Assembly: GCA_026770705.1 (NCBI GenBank)
Contig: JANJGN010000034.1
Span: forward strand, 5,704,001-5,768,000
DNA from: Isurus oxyrinchus
Lineage: Eukaryota
DNA length: 64,000 bases
Direction: 5' to 3'
The position numbers were made by a program, and so were the translations under genes. The notes under the pieces were generated by a model. That model worked only from the letters and a program-made list of their open reading frames with translations, did no database searches and was not told the origin of the DNA. Below, in pieces: positions 13,401 through 27,309 of the stretch; the first letter of the stretch is position 1, and each line of letters begins with the position of its first letter.

Positions 13401-15743
13401 GGGCAGATGCATCTGCGACACGTTGGATGGCAGGAAAACAGTTCACCTACGTCTGCTTTATGTTTCTAAGTTTGCCAACATGTGTGGAACGCAAACTCTT
13501 AAGCCTCTTTATGCTTTTGAATTGTCACTGGTTCAATGCCTCAAGTATTTAATCAGAAGACTGCGGATTTCAGATGCAGTCCAAAGATTTGAGCACAAAC
13601 ATTAGGGCCCACGCTCCAATTACATTATCGGGGGGGGAATTATACAATCTCAGCTGAAGCATATTTTATTTTCTCTCAAGTTGGTGGAAAGATTACAATG
13701 CCATAATTTGAGTAGCGCTGGAGATTCTTCATTAGTCCCCTGGCCAACGTGCACCATTCTGCCAGTGTCAGTCGAACAAGTTAATTCGACGCATGTCTCA
13801 CTGTCACATGATGGCTATTTTGGAGACATAAAGGACACAGGGCTGTCATTATAACAGCAGCAAACTAAAATATGCTTTTTTCATTATAATTAGTCATTCT
13901 TTATTTGGAAATTATTGGATGTGCGCAAATGACTGAGAGTGGCACTGCCTTTACACTGTAAATACTGTACATCGGGTATCCAATTTAAGATAAGTTGCTT
14001 TTGAAAAGCCTTCCACCTCCATAGACATGTTGTAATTTGAGTTATTTTGAGGAAACATTATTAAAAATAGTTAGTGCTTATTTTGTAGCCAAGGCAATTT
14101 TAAGGCTGCCAACCATCGCAGTCCGGTATTAACATACAAATAGGACAGCAATTTCCAGTGGCTGCAGGTAAAATGTTAAAAGTGTAGATAAGAAAGCTAC
14201 TCTCAGAAATGCTCTGAAGCTGGAGAAGCTGCGTGATCATTCTGTACTGGAATGAATCCCGGTTGAAACATTTGGAATGAAAACAATAAGATGCAATTCT
14301 CTGATACAGGTACTAAGATCGCTAAAAAAAACTATTGGATCTGATTGATTCCAGCGTAAGAGTCTGTTAACATTGTGATAATGTGTGATATCTGGACGCC
14401 TAAAGCAACACTAATCCTAAAATTATTGGGACTCATTCATTCGGGTTTTACATAGTGTAACATTTTTTCTTCAACAATTTTTTCTTCTCAAACATCTCTT
14501 CATTAACATTTGCCTTTTGATTTCACGCATAGATCGAATTTAAAATTACCCATAGGAATTGTCAGTCCTTGATACAGAATCATTGCGACTAATGAAAAAT
14601 GAAAACTAGGTTGTGTTCCCCCCACCCCTCCCCTTCCCACACATCCCCACCAACCAACCACCCTCTGTCCCTCTCTGTTTTCCTACCTTGCGGGACATTC
14701 TGCCTTCTATGTTTCTCGTCCTGCAAGGGATAGAAATGTTTTGAAGCAATGCCCTGTTAGTGAAGCCAATAAGGAAAAATCAGCGTTTTAAAAGCATATC
14801 AAAAAACCAAAATGCAGAAAAGCAAGAAGAATTTATATTAATATAGATGATGCTTAAAGCACATCACCGTTTCATCCCAATACATTTGATATTGGCTAAA
14901 CCATGGTGATATTAGAAAAATTCTCAGGAAGTCTGGATCAGTGAAGAACTGTTCGAATTAACCCTTTTAACAGATACTGTTTTAAGAAACAAGACGTGAT
15001 TTAGAAAGTAATTAGTTTTTTTTCCCCTTCCACGTTAAGTTGTGGCGACTATCTATTTGGCAGAGTTTCCCTCTGCCTGTAATTGTAATCTATGCGAGAT
15101 TCCTCCATCCCCAATTCATCCAGCATCATCTGCAAATGGTTTTCTAACTTTATCACTTCAGTGTTTATATTCCTTATGCGCCAAAACTACACCTTTGTTA
15201 ACCAGTTTCCTTTCAAACGCTTTCTGAATTATTCAGTTTTTTCAAAATTTCCTTCTCATTACTTCGAAACTATCACATGTCTATGAAGCACAGTTTGCTT
15301 TTATCCTGATGAGTGAAATCACCCAAAATTGCACATTATAAACGTAATCGTATGGAGTTTGAGCAGATCATCTCATTTTTATGATTATTATTATTAGTAT
15401 TGCTATTAATAATACAAATATTATCCACAAAAATGTCACTCAGAATCTTCAAACTTTCCCGACCGATAAAATATGTCACATTTAATGCCCCCTAGTAAAA
15501 TAATGCAATCTATTTCAACATTTCACTTTTTTTTTCCAGTCATTTATTTTTTTCTCTAACAAGCAGACTGTGCAATCTCAATATGGCAAGCAAAACGTCA
15601 ACGTGTTAACTGTGCCAGTCAACTGTACATTTGCAAATAAGCAGTGGAGACCAATCTCGAATTGCCAAATTCATTGAGTCACCTGTAACCTACTGCCCTC
15701 ATTGTTCCAAGGTGCCTTCTGATCAGCTCTTTATGCTTTACAG

Positions 15744-15779
15744 AATTAGCCAAAATGGCCGAAAATGTGGATAACTTAG
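15744..15779 (+). CDS. Micro-exon 3 (36 nt), ELAKMAENVDNL
   Basis: ctctttatgctttacag|AATTAGCC...TAACTTAG|gtgaga. Shares GTGGATAAC (VDN) with exon 1. Confidence 0.9.
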
Positions 15780-15884
15780 GTGAGACAATATGAACAAAGA
15801 TATGAAATATTATTTCCAATTATCAGAGTTGAAGTCAACATTGTCAAAATGCCAGAGCGCTGAACTAGCATGCAAGGAGATGAA

Positions 15885-16930
15885 AACATAGCAAAATAGG
15901 AACATAAGTAGTTCGTTAGTCTCCTTGAGCCTGCTCCGCCATTCAAATGGAACATGGCTGATATTCCATCTCAGCATGATCTTCCCGCATTACCCCAACA
16001 TTCCTTGTTGCCTTCATTCCTAGAAATGGATCGACATCTAATTTGAACATACTCGACGAGAATTCAAAACATTCCACGCCCTTTGACTAAAGAAGTCCTT
16101 CCTTTACTTTGTGCAAAATGGCCTACCTCCTATTCAGAGACTGTGTGTTCCTTTCGAGCCTTCCACCCACTGTTCGACTAAGAGGAAACCGGAGAAATAT
16201 TCTTCTTGCAGTTTGTCAGTGGATCTGTGAGAATTTTAAATAGTCCAATGCGGTCACATCTCATTTTGAAAACTCAGGAGTATGCGAACAACTAGTGAGC
16301 TGCTTTCTGAAGTATTTGTTATAACTGCACGTTTGCTTTCAGTGATTTATTAAGAAAGAAACGAAGCTCCTTTGGGGATTAACGTTTCTCAATCTCTAAC
16401 CATTCCTCTTTTACATGCCAAAATGGATAAATCACATGTCTCCATGTTATGTTCCATCTGAAATGTACCTGCCCACTCATGTGGCCTGCTTGAATCGCTT
16501 TAAAGCCTTTTTGTATCCCGCTCACAACTCATATGCCCACCAAGTCTGGTGTCATCAGCAAACTTGGAAACTTTACACTTGTCCCTCAGGTCCAATTCAT
16601 TGACATATATAGTGTTAACCTGCAGCACCTCTTTAGATGCAGCCTGTCAACCTGTGGTATATACGTTTATCCATTCTCTCTGGTTTCTGACCTCCTACCA
16701 ATCCTTAATTGATGGCAGCAGATTACCCCCAATCTCCCATCCACCAGTTTTACTTATTAACCTCTTGTGTAGGTCCTTACCATACATACAAATACAAACC
16801 TTCACTGGTTTTCCATTACCTAACCAGCTAGTAATATTGTTAATAAGTCTAACACAGTTGTTGCACTTGATTTATAAATTCATGTTGAGTCTGGCCAAAT
16901 CTATCCTTATTTTCCAAGTACCCAAACTCT
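15885..16930 (-). mobile_element. Decayed CR1-like LINE fragments
   Basis: gtgtcatcagcaaactt at ~16548 is the reverse complement of K-F-A-D-D-T (RT catalytic motif). Shares a terminal motif with 2930, 52760 and 60950. Confidence 0.75.
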
Positions 16931-17082
16931 GAGCAGTGAAAGGCACTGATCATCTAATTTACTTATTTAATGCTATGCAGGTCGATGAGGGCTACTTTTG
17001 GATATTATAATTTGTGTGCAATATATATTTTTGTAGATTCATGCCATAGCTCAAACACGGTTATGTGTCTGTTTGTTTTTAG

Positions 17083-17109
17083 AACAACAAATCAAGAAGT
17101 GTGAAAGAG
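17083..17109 (+). CDS. Micro-exon 4 (27 nt), EQQIKKCER
   Basis: gtttgtttttag|AACAACAAATCAAGAAGTGTGAAAGAG|gtaaac. Confidence 0.88.
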
Positions 17110-20100
17110 GTAAACGTGCAAAAAGCTGTAGTGTAGACAGTGAAGTGTTTATAGCTCGAGGAGACAAAAAAATCTCTTTCTAATCTGTTAACTGTTTGCC
17201 TCACAGAAATGCAGGCCCACCATCTCCCATGCAAGCATTATCTATGTTACAATTATTGTCCTTCTTCCTTTTATTTAGATTTCCGCATGTTCCATGAGAC
17301 CCATAATACACTGTTGGATCATTCTTAATATCAACCATTAGGTGGAGCACCAGGGAGGAGGAATGTTGCATTCTTTTTTTAACAGGGCAAGTCCTCTCAT
17401 TTGGCGAAGCTGTGAGCAGGCTCTGCTGCAAAGAAGTTTATCTGCACAAGTGCTTCCTCCAGGTGGAGAAAACCCTAGGAAGGGCAGTTGAACCCTATGG
17501 ATTAGAGACAGGTTGCACACCCATTCAACCGTGGAAGCTCAATCCGTTCTAATTTATCGTTCTGTTTTGGAAGTGAGCTATTTAATTAGCCAATACTTCC
17601 CTTTGCAAATGCCACTGCGAACCTACGATTTTATTTCATCCTTCGTCTCCTGTCAACATAATAAGACAATTAAGCACCTCTATCTTATTATCTCCTCCTG
17701 TAAGACACTCTTGAAAACATAACCTTGCTCCCAAAATTACTTATTTTCTTATATCTGTTCTCATGTACCCTTGTCTGTCACCTTATCAAATTAAAAAAAA
17801 AACACTGTCTTTGTTCGATTTAGCCTAACGCAATTCCATCACTTCGTTTGCTAGAGAGTGGAGGCCCAGATAGAACGAATGGTGAGTAGAATAGACAAAG
17901 CTTGGTATTAATGAAAGTGGCCTAGCCAAACATGACAATGATTTAAATACCGTATTGGGCATGGATAGTTTTCAGCCAGGCCTAAGAAGAAATCTAAAGT
18001 GCGCCCTTTGCTTTCAGGTGCATCCGATGCGCCAAGCTTCCTGAACAACTTAAATTACTAGATTTGAAGTAATTGAAAAATAAAGCAATAGCGATATGAG
18101 AAAATTATCTTTCTGCAGTGAGTATTTAAGTTGCAGAAGGGCTGCTTGAGAGAATGGTACAGGCACATTCAATCGAGGCGCTCAAAAGGGACTTAGACAG
18201 TTAGCTGAAATAGAGTAATGAACAGGGTTATGGGGAGGAAACCGGGGAATGTCTTTAGTTGAATTACGCATTTAGAGACCCGGTAGAGATATAATGGGCC
18301 GAATACACGCTTTCGGCCCTGCATTTTGATTCCCTGTTGAGATTTTCCTGCTTTCAAAACCTGCACTTCTCGAAATGAACCTGGAACCTGGTTTGATTTT
18401 GACACGATTAAACGTTTTTTGATTTGTGTATTGGCACACCGAGGTCTAGTTTTCCCTTTACATCTTTAGGGCAATATTTTGTCAATATCGCATTGCTTCA
18501 TTATCACGCCTTTAAATTTTTCGAGCTACAATCATTACCATCTGCTGTGGGTCAGCTGATATTCTGAGACCTCAACTGAAGAAATTTCTGCCAGAATGAC
18601 ATGAATTGCCACATGTTGTCTACCGCAAGGCAGAATTGTTAGCACATTTGAAGCGACCAAGATTTTAAGGACAATGCCAAAGAAAGGAGGGTATTTCCTG
18701 AGGAATGGTATACATAGAATCCTTGTAAACGTTTGTGTTTTTTAACGTTGTACCGAAGTTCATTTTTACTATGGTTAGACATGATAGCCACTGCTATTAT
18801 TGATGTGTATCCATTGCCTGATCTTGAATATGCATTTTGATAGAGTGTTGAATTAAATTATCTGCTTGACAGAAATACGAGTTTCTCAGCAGCAGAGGCA
18901 CATTTTATAATATTTAAGACCAAAGTGACATCAGATAATATTCTATACATGCCGAGATCTTACAATCCTGAATGCACTGTCCAAAATTAAAGCTTTTAAG
19001 TTTGGAGAAGCTGACATTCTGTAGTTTGATGCAGATAATGAGGAAAATCATAAGAAGTAGTGGTAAAATGTGCAGAATAGTGGAAATGACATTTAACATA
19101 GAGACGTTTCAGGGTTTTTTTAAGAATGACAATAGCAAAACAATTGCTAAGGAGCACCTAGGAACGATTGTGCATGAGCCACGTTTAGTTGAATTTGGAA
19201 AAAATGAGATACTAAAGTAAAGTAAAAAGTATTCCCAATAATTGCCACAATTAATGTTGGATTGTTTCTTAAAATAAATAAAAAATGAACCCAAAGCAAA
19301 TAAGCCACAGGGGCTCTCATGTGCAATTTTGTGCTCTCGAAACAAGCGTTGCAGAGTATGAAATGTCCTCAGAAAGAGTACTGCATAGATTTATTGTAGT
19401 TCAGGACAAAGCATTTGGGGAGCAGCGCGGGTGGGCGTGTGGGAAGGTGGTGGCTGATGTTCACCAAAGAAGAGGTGGGGAACCAGCCCAGTACCAGCCA
19501 GCATCCCCCCACCCCTAAGCCACCCCGGAAATCCTCAGGCAAGACTTGCAATTCAGTTGCCAGGGAAGACCAATCTTCAAATGGCAATTGCCATCCGATG
19601 GTAACATTCTGAAATTGAAAATAAAATGGTGCACTTCGGATCATTCGGATTGCGTTAAATCAGGAGATTCCAAGAGAACTTTGAAGATTTAAAACCACGT
19701 CCACCTTCTTGGTAACAACTGGCCAGAGCCAGGGCATGACCGGACTAACTCCAAGTGGCAATCCGCGGAAGTTCAGGTTCGTTATGATTGTACTGGGGGG
19801 ACGAACATCACAAATGCCGAGAGGCTAGATGAGCTGTGTTTTTATTTCTTAGGCAACCTTGCGCATATATTAGATAGCGGTTTTGAAATCTTAACAACTT
19901 TGATATAGAGTATGCAGAGTCAGATGAAAATTTGATATATCTTGACTCTGGTAGGAGTTTGGGATAGACTCTGGTAGAATGGGGAATTCGACATGGGTTA
20001 TCAAAAAGCCGGCACTGGAATTTTAGGCGTACGGCCTATTTTTTGTTGGTGTTGCTGTTACATTTTTCCATTATCGAACATCAGTCTGACAATGGGCTTG

Positions 20101-20700
20101 GACACCTGATGACAGGAATAGAAAAAAATCTCTCTCTTGCTCAGACTCCACTTCCACTTCCATTTCCAATAAGCTTGGGCAGATCATTCACTGTTTTAGG
20201 CGATGGGTACACTTAAAATTTTACATCGTTATATTCGACGAAACATCGAAAAAAAGACTATCCTCGACAATACGGCGTGAGTGCTGCACCATCGGAGGTA
20301 GACTAATTTCAGCGAGAGATATAGATAGGTAGAGAAATAAATCCAACAGTAATGGATGTTCCATTTAGCTGAATGTAGGGAGTAGTATCAAAACTGGTAA
20401 ACGAAAAAGACACAGATCCTTTAGTGTTGTTTAGATTGCCTTTTGGTCTAGGATGTAATTTTGCATGTATTTCTCTTGCGAACGAAGCTGTAACTTGTCA
20501 AACAATGCTTTCCCAAGATCAGTAAGCTAAAATGTCACTAGTATTAAATGTTCGAGCAAGCAGCCTCTTGATCGATATCGGAAAGGTTGTTGTTCCTATG
20601 GCTTGAAAAGGAGAATGTAAACAGTGACAGGTGTTATCACACTTTCTGCATTTGTGGAACAGTGTCATGTTAATGGGAATGATTTCTGTTTTCTATCCAG

Positions 20701-20736
20701 AGATAGCAAAGCTGAAGGAAGATCTGACTGATTCAG
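20701..20736 (+). CDS. Micro-exon 5 (36 nt), EIAKLKEDLTDS
   Basis: tttctgttttctatccag|AGATAGCA...TGATTCAG|gtgcaa. KLKED motif as in exon 1; weak donor. Confidence 0.87.
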
Positions 20737-21164
20737 GTGCAAATATGAATTGGCATTATTGAGAGAATAACATCATGATCCTGACAGTCTATACTACTTC
20801 TGTAGTGTAACTCGCATAACATATATATATATTTCTGCGGCATTATTCGATAAGTTTTTAATTGTTAATCATTTAAGTTTATTGTTAATTGACTATGTTG
20901 ATAATACTCTTAAAATGTCTAATCATTATATGTGTATTGCAATTCATTATGAATCTTTAATTATTAAGAAACTCAACAGCTGCTGTCATCAGAAGGACAA
21001 CTGTGTTCAGAATTAATTATAAATGCCTCAAAAAGTAATATCACTAACTTGTTATTGCTCAAATAATTAGAATTATTATTAATAATCTGTTGTATTCGCA
21101 GAAGCTCCAATCAGCTACACAATTTAACATTCTTAAGAATTAATAAATCAAATTTATTACGTAG

Positions 21165-21191
21165 AAAACAAGCTGAGGACGTGTGAGCAAG
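21165..21191 (+). CDS. Micro-exon 6 (27 nt), ENKLRTCEQ
   Basis: tttattacgtag|AAAACAAGCTGAGGACGTGTGAGCAAG|gtacat. Same xxxLxxCxx pattern as the other 27-mers. Confidence 0.85.
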
Positions 21192-21869
21192 GTACATACG
21201 TTAAACCTTTGTGACTACGAAAAGAGCATCCTACTAGAAATCCATTTCAATACCACGATTTTTCTCAATTAGAAAAATTGTATGTAGGCTATCCGATAAT
21301 TGCCTTTTTATAATCTGGGAGCTGAAAGGTCGAGCTGATGAAAACGGTGAGCAGATCAGATCGGACGTGAATTATACGCCAAGTGGAAACTGGCACTCAA
21401 ACTTTCAAGTTACTGCAATGGACTTGATCATCCCCCAAAAGGTAGCAGTTTAACGGGCAGGCAAAGCGACTGACCTCGGCTGTGCCCTCAGAGCATGTTC
21501 TGTTGCAAAGATTATATGAATAGATTTGATAATGCACACACAGATTCAGAGTGGATGAGAGAGTCACGGATAGAGAGAGAGGTGGGGGGGGGGGGAGTTG
21601 TGGTGAGGTGTAGAGAAAGAGAAAATTGTTTCATTAATACAAATCAGTGCAGACTATATCCATAACAGGGAACGACACATTGTGCACAAATTCTTCAACC
21701 GTAAATGCAAATAATAAAATAATTAACTTAATGTATTTTAAGTGTAATATTTGTTTTTCGCTTTTGGCTTTGACTTGCAACCATTGAGATTGTTGGGCCT
21801 TCGGGAAGCACTTTATGTTTCCAAAAATCAAATACTGAATCGACACAGACAGTACCACCTGATTTTATT

Positions 21870-23440
21870 CTTATTTTTTCACTTAACGTGGCCAGCATAT
21901 ATAGGCCATTTATAGTTGCCCATCAGAAAGTGGTGGGGGGCTGCCTTCTTGAACTGTGGCCGCTCATGTGCTGAAAGTACAACTACAGTCCTGTTAGTGA
22001 GGGCTAGCAGGATTTCGACCCAGCGACATTGAAGGAATGGCGCCATACTTCAAAATAAGAATGGTGAGTGTCATGGCGAGAAAATTGCACGTGGTGGTGT
22101 TCCCAACCATCACCTTTCCTTGTCCTTCTAGATTGTAGTGATTGTCGCTATGGAAGGTGCTGTCCAAGGATACTTGATGAAATCCTGCAGTGCATCTTTT
22201 ATATGGTACACACTGCTACAACTGTGCGTGGGTTGTCGTTGGTTTGATTGTTTGTGGATATTGTGCCAGTCAAGCGGCTGCTTTCACTGGACGGTGTCAA
22301 GCTTCTTGAGTGCTCTGGGAGCTGCAATCATCCAGGCTAATGGAGCATATTCCATCAGACTCCTGACTTGTATTTTGTAGCTGGCGGAAAGGCAATGAGC
22401 AGTTAGAACGTGTGTTACTCGCCACAGGGTTGCTCCCCTCCGACCTGCTCTTGCAGCCACAATATTTATATAACCGACCCACTTCTGTTTCTGGTCAATG
22501 GTATTGCCCAGAATGTTGATAGTACGTGATTCAGCGATTACAATGTCTTTGAATATCACGGGGTGATGGTTAGATTATCGCTGGCTGGTGAAGGTTATAC
22601 CCTTGCACTTGTGTGGGACGAATGTTCACTGTCACTTGTCAGCCAAAGCCTGGCCATTGTCCAGGTCTTGCTGCCAGTGGACATGGATTGCTCCATGTTC
22701 TGAAAAGTCATGAATGATGCTGCGCAATTTGCAATTATCATTGGCATCTACACTGCGTCACTTATGATGGAAGGAAAGTTTTTGATGAAGCAGTTGATGA
22801 TTGTTGGGACAAGGACACTACCCTGGCGAACTGCTACACTGATGCCCTGTAGCTGAGTTGCTTGACCTCCAGCAACCATGGCCATCTTCCTTTGTGCTAT
22901 ATATGACTCCAACCAGGAGACAGGTTTCCTCCGATACGCATTGACTGAGTCTAGCTAATGGTCCTTGATGCCACACTCAGTCATTTGTGGGTTTGATGTC
23001 CAGAACAGTCACTTTCACTCCACCTCAGAACATTGGCTCTATTGTCCATGTTTCAACCGAGGCTGTGATGAGACGAGGAGCTGAGTGGCCCTGGCGTAAC
23101 TCAAACTGTGCGTCAGTGAGGCAGTTATTGCTAAGCAAGTGCCACTTGATTGCACTGTTGATGATCCCTTCTATTACTTAACCAGTGGTCAAGAATAGAC
23201 TGCTGGGGTTGTAATTGTCTGGGTTGGATTTGTTCGAATTTGGGGTACATGGAGGGCCTGTAAAAAATTTCCACATTGCCAGGTAGATACCAGTGTTGTA
23301 GCTCCATTAGAAGAGGTTGGCGAGGTGTGTGGAATGTTCTAGAGCACAAGCTTTGAGTACTATTGCTGGAATATTGTCAGGGCCCATAGCCTTTGCACTA
23401 TCCATTGTCTTCAGCAATTTCTTAATGGCACGTGCTGATC
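21870..23440 (-). mobile_element. Decayed CR1/L2-like LINE, RT and C-terminal region
   Basis: Minus ORF 22284-22559 (INILGNTIDQK..W..INIVA...YKIQVRSLMEYAPLAW) is typical of the post-RT part of non-LTR ORF2. Collinear with 8200-9760. Confidence 0.85.
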
Positions 23441-23539
23441 ATCCTAAGAAGCTCACATCAATGCAAAGCCAATTATCGTACTGAGAATGCACTTCATCAA
23501 GCATTAGGCTCATTTATGACACTTCTGTTTCAATTTCAG

Positions 23540-23575
23540 AGGTAGCACGGTTGAAGAACGACCTTCGGGACCAAG
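23540..23575 (+). CDS. Micro-exon 7 (36 nt), EVARLKNDLRDQ
   Basis: ttctgtttcaatttcag|AGGTAGCA...GGACCAAG|gtatga. Similar to exon 5. Confidence 0.9.
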
Positions 23576-23639
23576 GTATGAATGCTTGCCAGTGATTGGC
23601 GCACAGTCCTACACGAATGAACCACCACAAAGCCTTCTG

Positions 23640-23860
23640 TCTCGTCTTCATCATTATCTTCGTCTTCTTCTTCTTATTATTATTATTGTTATTATTACTG
23701 TTATTACAATTATTATTCTCCTTCTTCTTCTTTGCCTTCTTCTCCTTCTTCTGTTTTATTTTTTTACTTCTCTTCCTCCTTCTCCTTCCGCCCCTTCAGT
23801 TTTCTTGTTTTCCTGATTATTTTACTTTTCCTTCTCGTTGTTCTTCTTCTCACGTTTCTT
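23640..23860. repeat. Compound degenerate microsatellite (TCT)n/(TAT)n, polypyrimidine
   Basis: cttcttcttcttattattattattgttattattac...; it produces the spurious Leu/Phe/Ile-rich ORFs 23586-24049. Confidence 0.9.
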
Positions 23861-24519
23861 AAGGTTGTTGCCATGATTTATGTCCTTACATTCGCTACCT
23901 TCATTTGTCTATATTGCCTTCTAATCTCAATTTTTTTATGTCTCCCAAAACAACATATTTCTTTCTGGACTCATGCCTCCCTCAACTCCATTCTTCCCCA
24001 GTCCATCAATCGTCCTACCAGATTGGCGCTGTCTCTGAATAGTAGATGACTATACAACTTGATTTGCTTTCTGCATAGTTTATTGAATTCCTCACAATAT
24101 TCACTGACACGTTGATGTACTGGACACTGATAATGTTATTTAGTCTCATTCCGCACGTTAACCTCGGGATTTTCATGACATTCAAATCTCCGCTTTGTTT
24201 CCTCCTTTTTAATGTTGCCCAGCTTTATGCCAGGTATAACAAATCTCGTTCCATAACTTTCTTGATGTTCAACCATTCAGTTCCAGCAATCTTTTTTCAC
24301 GCAACACTTCACTATAAACTTTCAAATTTCTAAACTCAACGCTAATACGTTCATTATTTTGCATTTCTATTCATCCATCTTCTGCCAGAAATGACCCCAG
24401 GAGCTCTAAATGGCACGTTTTCTCCAAATCTTCACTTAAAATCTTTACAATGCCACATAATGTTAGGCTAACAAATCGTTACTTTTGCTCTGTGTTGTGT
24501 ATTAATGATGTCAGTGGCA

Positions 24520-27250
24520 GCTGAGATAATTTATTTTTCTTTAGTCAGTCATGAGATGAGGGACCACTGCCTAGGAGAGATTGTATTACACATTCATAAT
24601 TGCCATAGATAATGTGGCGATGATCTGCCTTCTTGAAGCTTTGCACTCAGTGTAGTGTAGTTGTACCAATCATATGGTTGGGGATGGTGTTCCAGGATTT
24701 TGACCAAAGGACATTGAAGGAACTTACTTTGCAAGCCTGCATGGTGGTTGCCTTTGAGAGGGTCTTCCACATGGTGACATACCCAGGTTTCTGTTGTCCT
24801 GTCCGAACTCGATGGTAAAGGGCATACGTTTATAAGGTGCAGCCTCACGAGGCTTGGTGAGTTACTGCAATGCATTGTGTAGGTTGTACCGACATCTGCT
24901 CCAGTGATTCGGTCATGGAGGAAGTGAGTATTTGAGCAGGGGGCGTTAATCAATCAGATTGCTTTATCCTGCGTGGTGTCAATCTGTTTGGATTTTCTTA
25001 AAAATGTAGTCATCCATGCAAGTGGAATGTTTCATATCTCACGTATGAAATGTGCCTTTTAGATGTTCGACAAACGTTGGAGAGTCAGGACTTGAGTTGT
25101 TCACCATGGATTCCTAAATCTGAACTCTTCTTGTAGGCATTTGTCTAGTGCAGATCATTTTGCGGACAATGTTACCCCCAGTAATTGATATTTTTTTTTA
25201 TTTAGCCCTTTTAATCCGAATGAACTAATGGCGGTGGTCCACTTTCCTTTTGTTGGAGAAGATCATTGCCTGGCAGTTCAGCAGCATGAATGTTACTTGA
25301 ACTTCCCAATGCACGGTTGAGTTTTATCCAAATCTTTTCGCATTTGTGCACAAATGAATCCAGTTTCTAAGCAGTCACGAATGTAGCTTTATATTGTGCA
25401 AATAACAGCGAAAATCCCAGTATCTGAACTTATGATGGACGGAATATCATTAATGAAGTAGCTGAAGATATTCGAGACTTGGTAATCAACCCGAATAACT
25501 CAAGAAGTGTTGTATGGAACTGCTGGGTTGACTTCGAACAACCACAATCAACAGGCGATGTATGACTCTAACAAGAGGAGAGTTTACCTTTTTTCCCATG
25601 GACACAAGTTTTGCTTGGGCTCCTTGATGCAACAGTCGGTAAAAAAAAAAAAAAATCTGCCTTGATCCTAAGGCAGTCGTGCTCACCTCACATATGAAGT
25701 TTGGCTTTTGTTTGTTTTTTTTTCTCTTCAAGCCTCTACGCAGATTCTGCATAGCTCTGGCGAGAACCAGAGTGAGCGCCAGTGGGAAGTAATTGCAAAA
25801 CAAGCTGCGCTTCATGAATTGTTGAAGGCAGAATGAGGGGCAGAAATTGGTCGGTTTGGTGTTGTGCTGATTTCTGCATTCCGAACAAACCTGGGCAATG
25901 TTGCAGATTACCGGGTGGATGCCAATTTTATAGCTGTTCTCAAAAGCTTGGTTAGGAGTTGGGGAAGTTCTGAAGCACAAGTCTTCAATTATATTTCAGG
26001 CAGCCTTTGCAGTTAACAGAACATTCAGACATTTATTGAGATTATTTGGAGTGAGTCAAATTGGCTCAGCTGCACGCAACCAAAGGAAGGGGCCGAGATG
26101 GGCCGGTCATCCGACACACCTGGCAGAAAATTGTTCCAAATGTCTCAGCCTTAGTTTTGCAGTCATGCGTTGTGCTCACCAGTCATGCAGGCGGAAAGCA
26201 ATTGTGATGCCTTATTCTTCAGTGAGTTGGTCAGTTTTCCGTCATCCTTCACAATTGGATGTGGCAGGATTATCAAGCTTAGATTGGATCAGTTTCCTAT
26301 GGAATGCCTATACTTTGCCACTTGCAGCTTGGCACAGAATTTCTCCTGGTCTACCCCTACACCAGGTTAACACCTAATATTAGGGATGCCTGATTCTGTT
26401 CCTGGCATACTGTCCTCAGCTCTTCATTGGACCAGGTTTGAGCCCCTGGCTTGCAGGTCATGGCCGTGTGTGCGAAATGCCTTTTTGTTAGGAGACAGTT
26501 TGTGGTGCCGCTGAAAGCCCAAAGTGCGTCTTTGTTTCCCGGTCTTCACTTGTTACATGTGTTTGAAATATGCACATTTTGCAGCGTGAAATTTCCAAAC
26601 AGCACTTTGGTGGGGAGCATAAATGTGAACATGGGACTTATTGGCGCCTGCAAGACCAGCGTGGTGCCTAATCTTTCCGATTCTTTGATGGACAAATTCA
26701 TGTACTACATGCAAGTTGGCGAGGACGAGGCCAAGTAGGTTTTTTTTTCTCTGGCTGGTACGCTTACGAAATGTTGAAGACCGAGTCTCGCAGTTATATC
26801 AGCTCGGTTTAGAGTGCTGGCAGTGAAGTCCCAAGGTACATTCATGCAGTGGCCAACATTAGTGCTTTCTCCAAATGTGGTGCTAAACATGAACAAGTAC
26901 TCATTCATCAGCTCAGCGGACCGGTATGTGGAAATTCAGAATGCGGTTTCCTTGCCTGTGTTTGACCTGATGCCGTGAAAATTTTAGGCATATCCAGCTC
27001 ACTCCAAATTGCATCACACTGTGCCGCCATCTCTGCTGGGTCTGCACTAGGCCAAGTCATACCCAAGGATGTTGATGGTGCCAGGGGCATTATCTGTGTG
27101 GCATGTTGCTTGGCGAGCCTAAAATACTCTATATGACAAATTTGCTTGACAAGTCCCCATGGTCGACATGGCTGAGTTTGCCATTGTTGTTTCCGGTGCT
27201 AAGTCGTTGCCAGGCTGTTTCCTGCGTTTCTTTCCTCTTTGGCATTTTAA
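24520..27250 (-). mobile_element. Long decayed copy of the same CR1/L2-like LINE
   Basis: Collinear similarity to the 8.2 kb and 21.9 kb copies, extending further toward the 5' part of ORF2. Confidence 0.75.
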
Positions 27251-27309
27251 CGGATAATGAAACTGAGTGGATTGCAATCCATTTCACAGTACAGTCCTGA
27301 GTACACTAA

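Noticed and set aside
23586-24049. Hydrophobic TM-like ORFs
   Set aside because: Translation of a TCT/TAT microsatellite.
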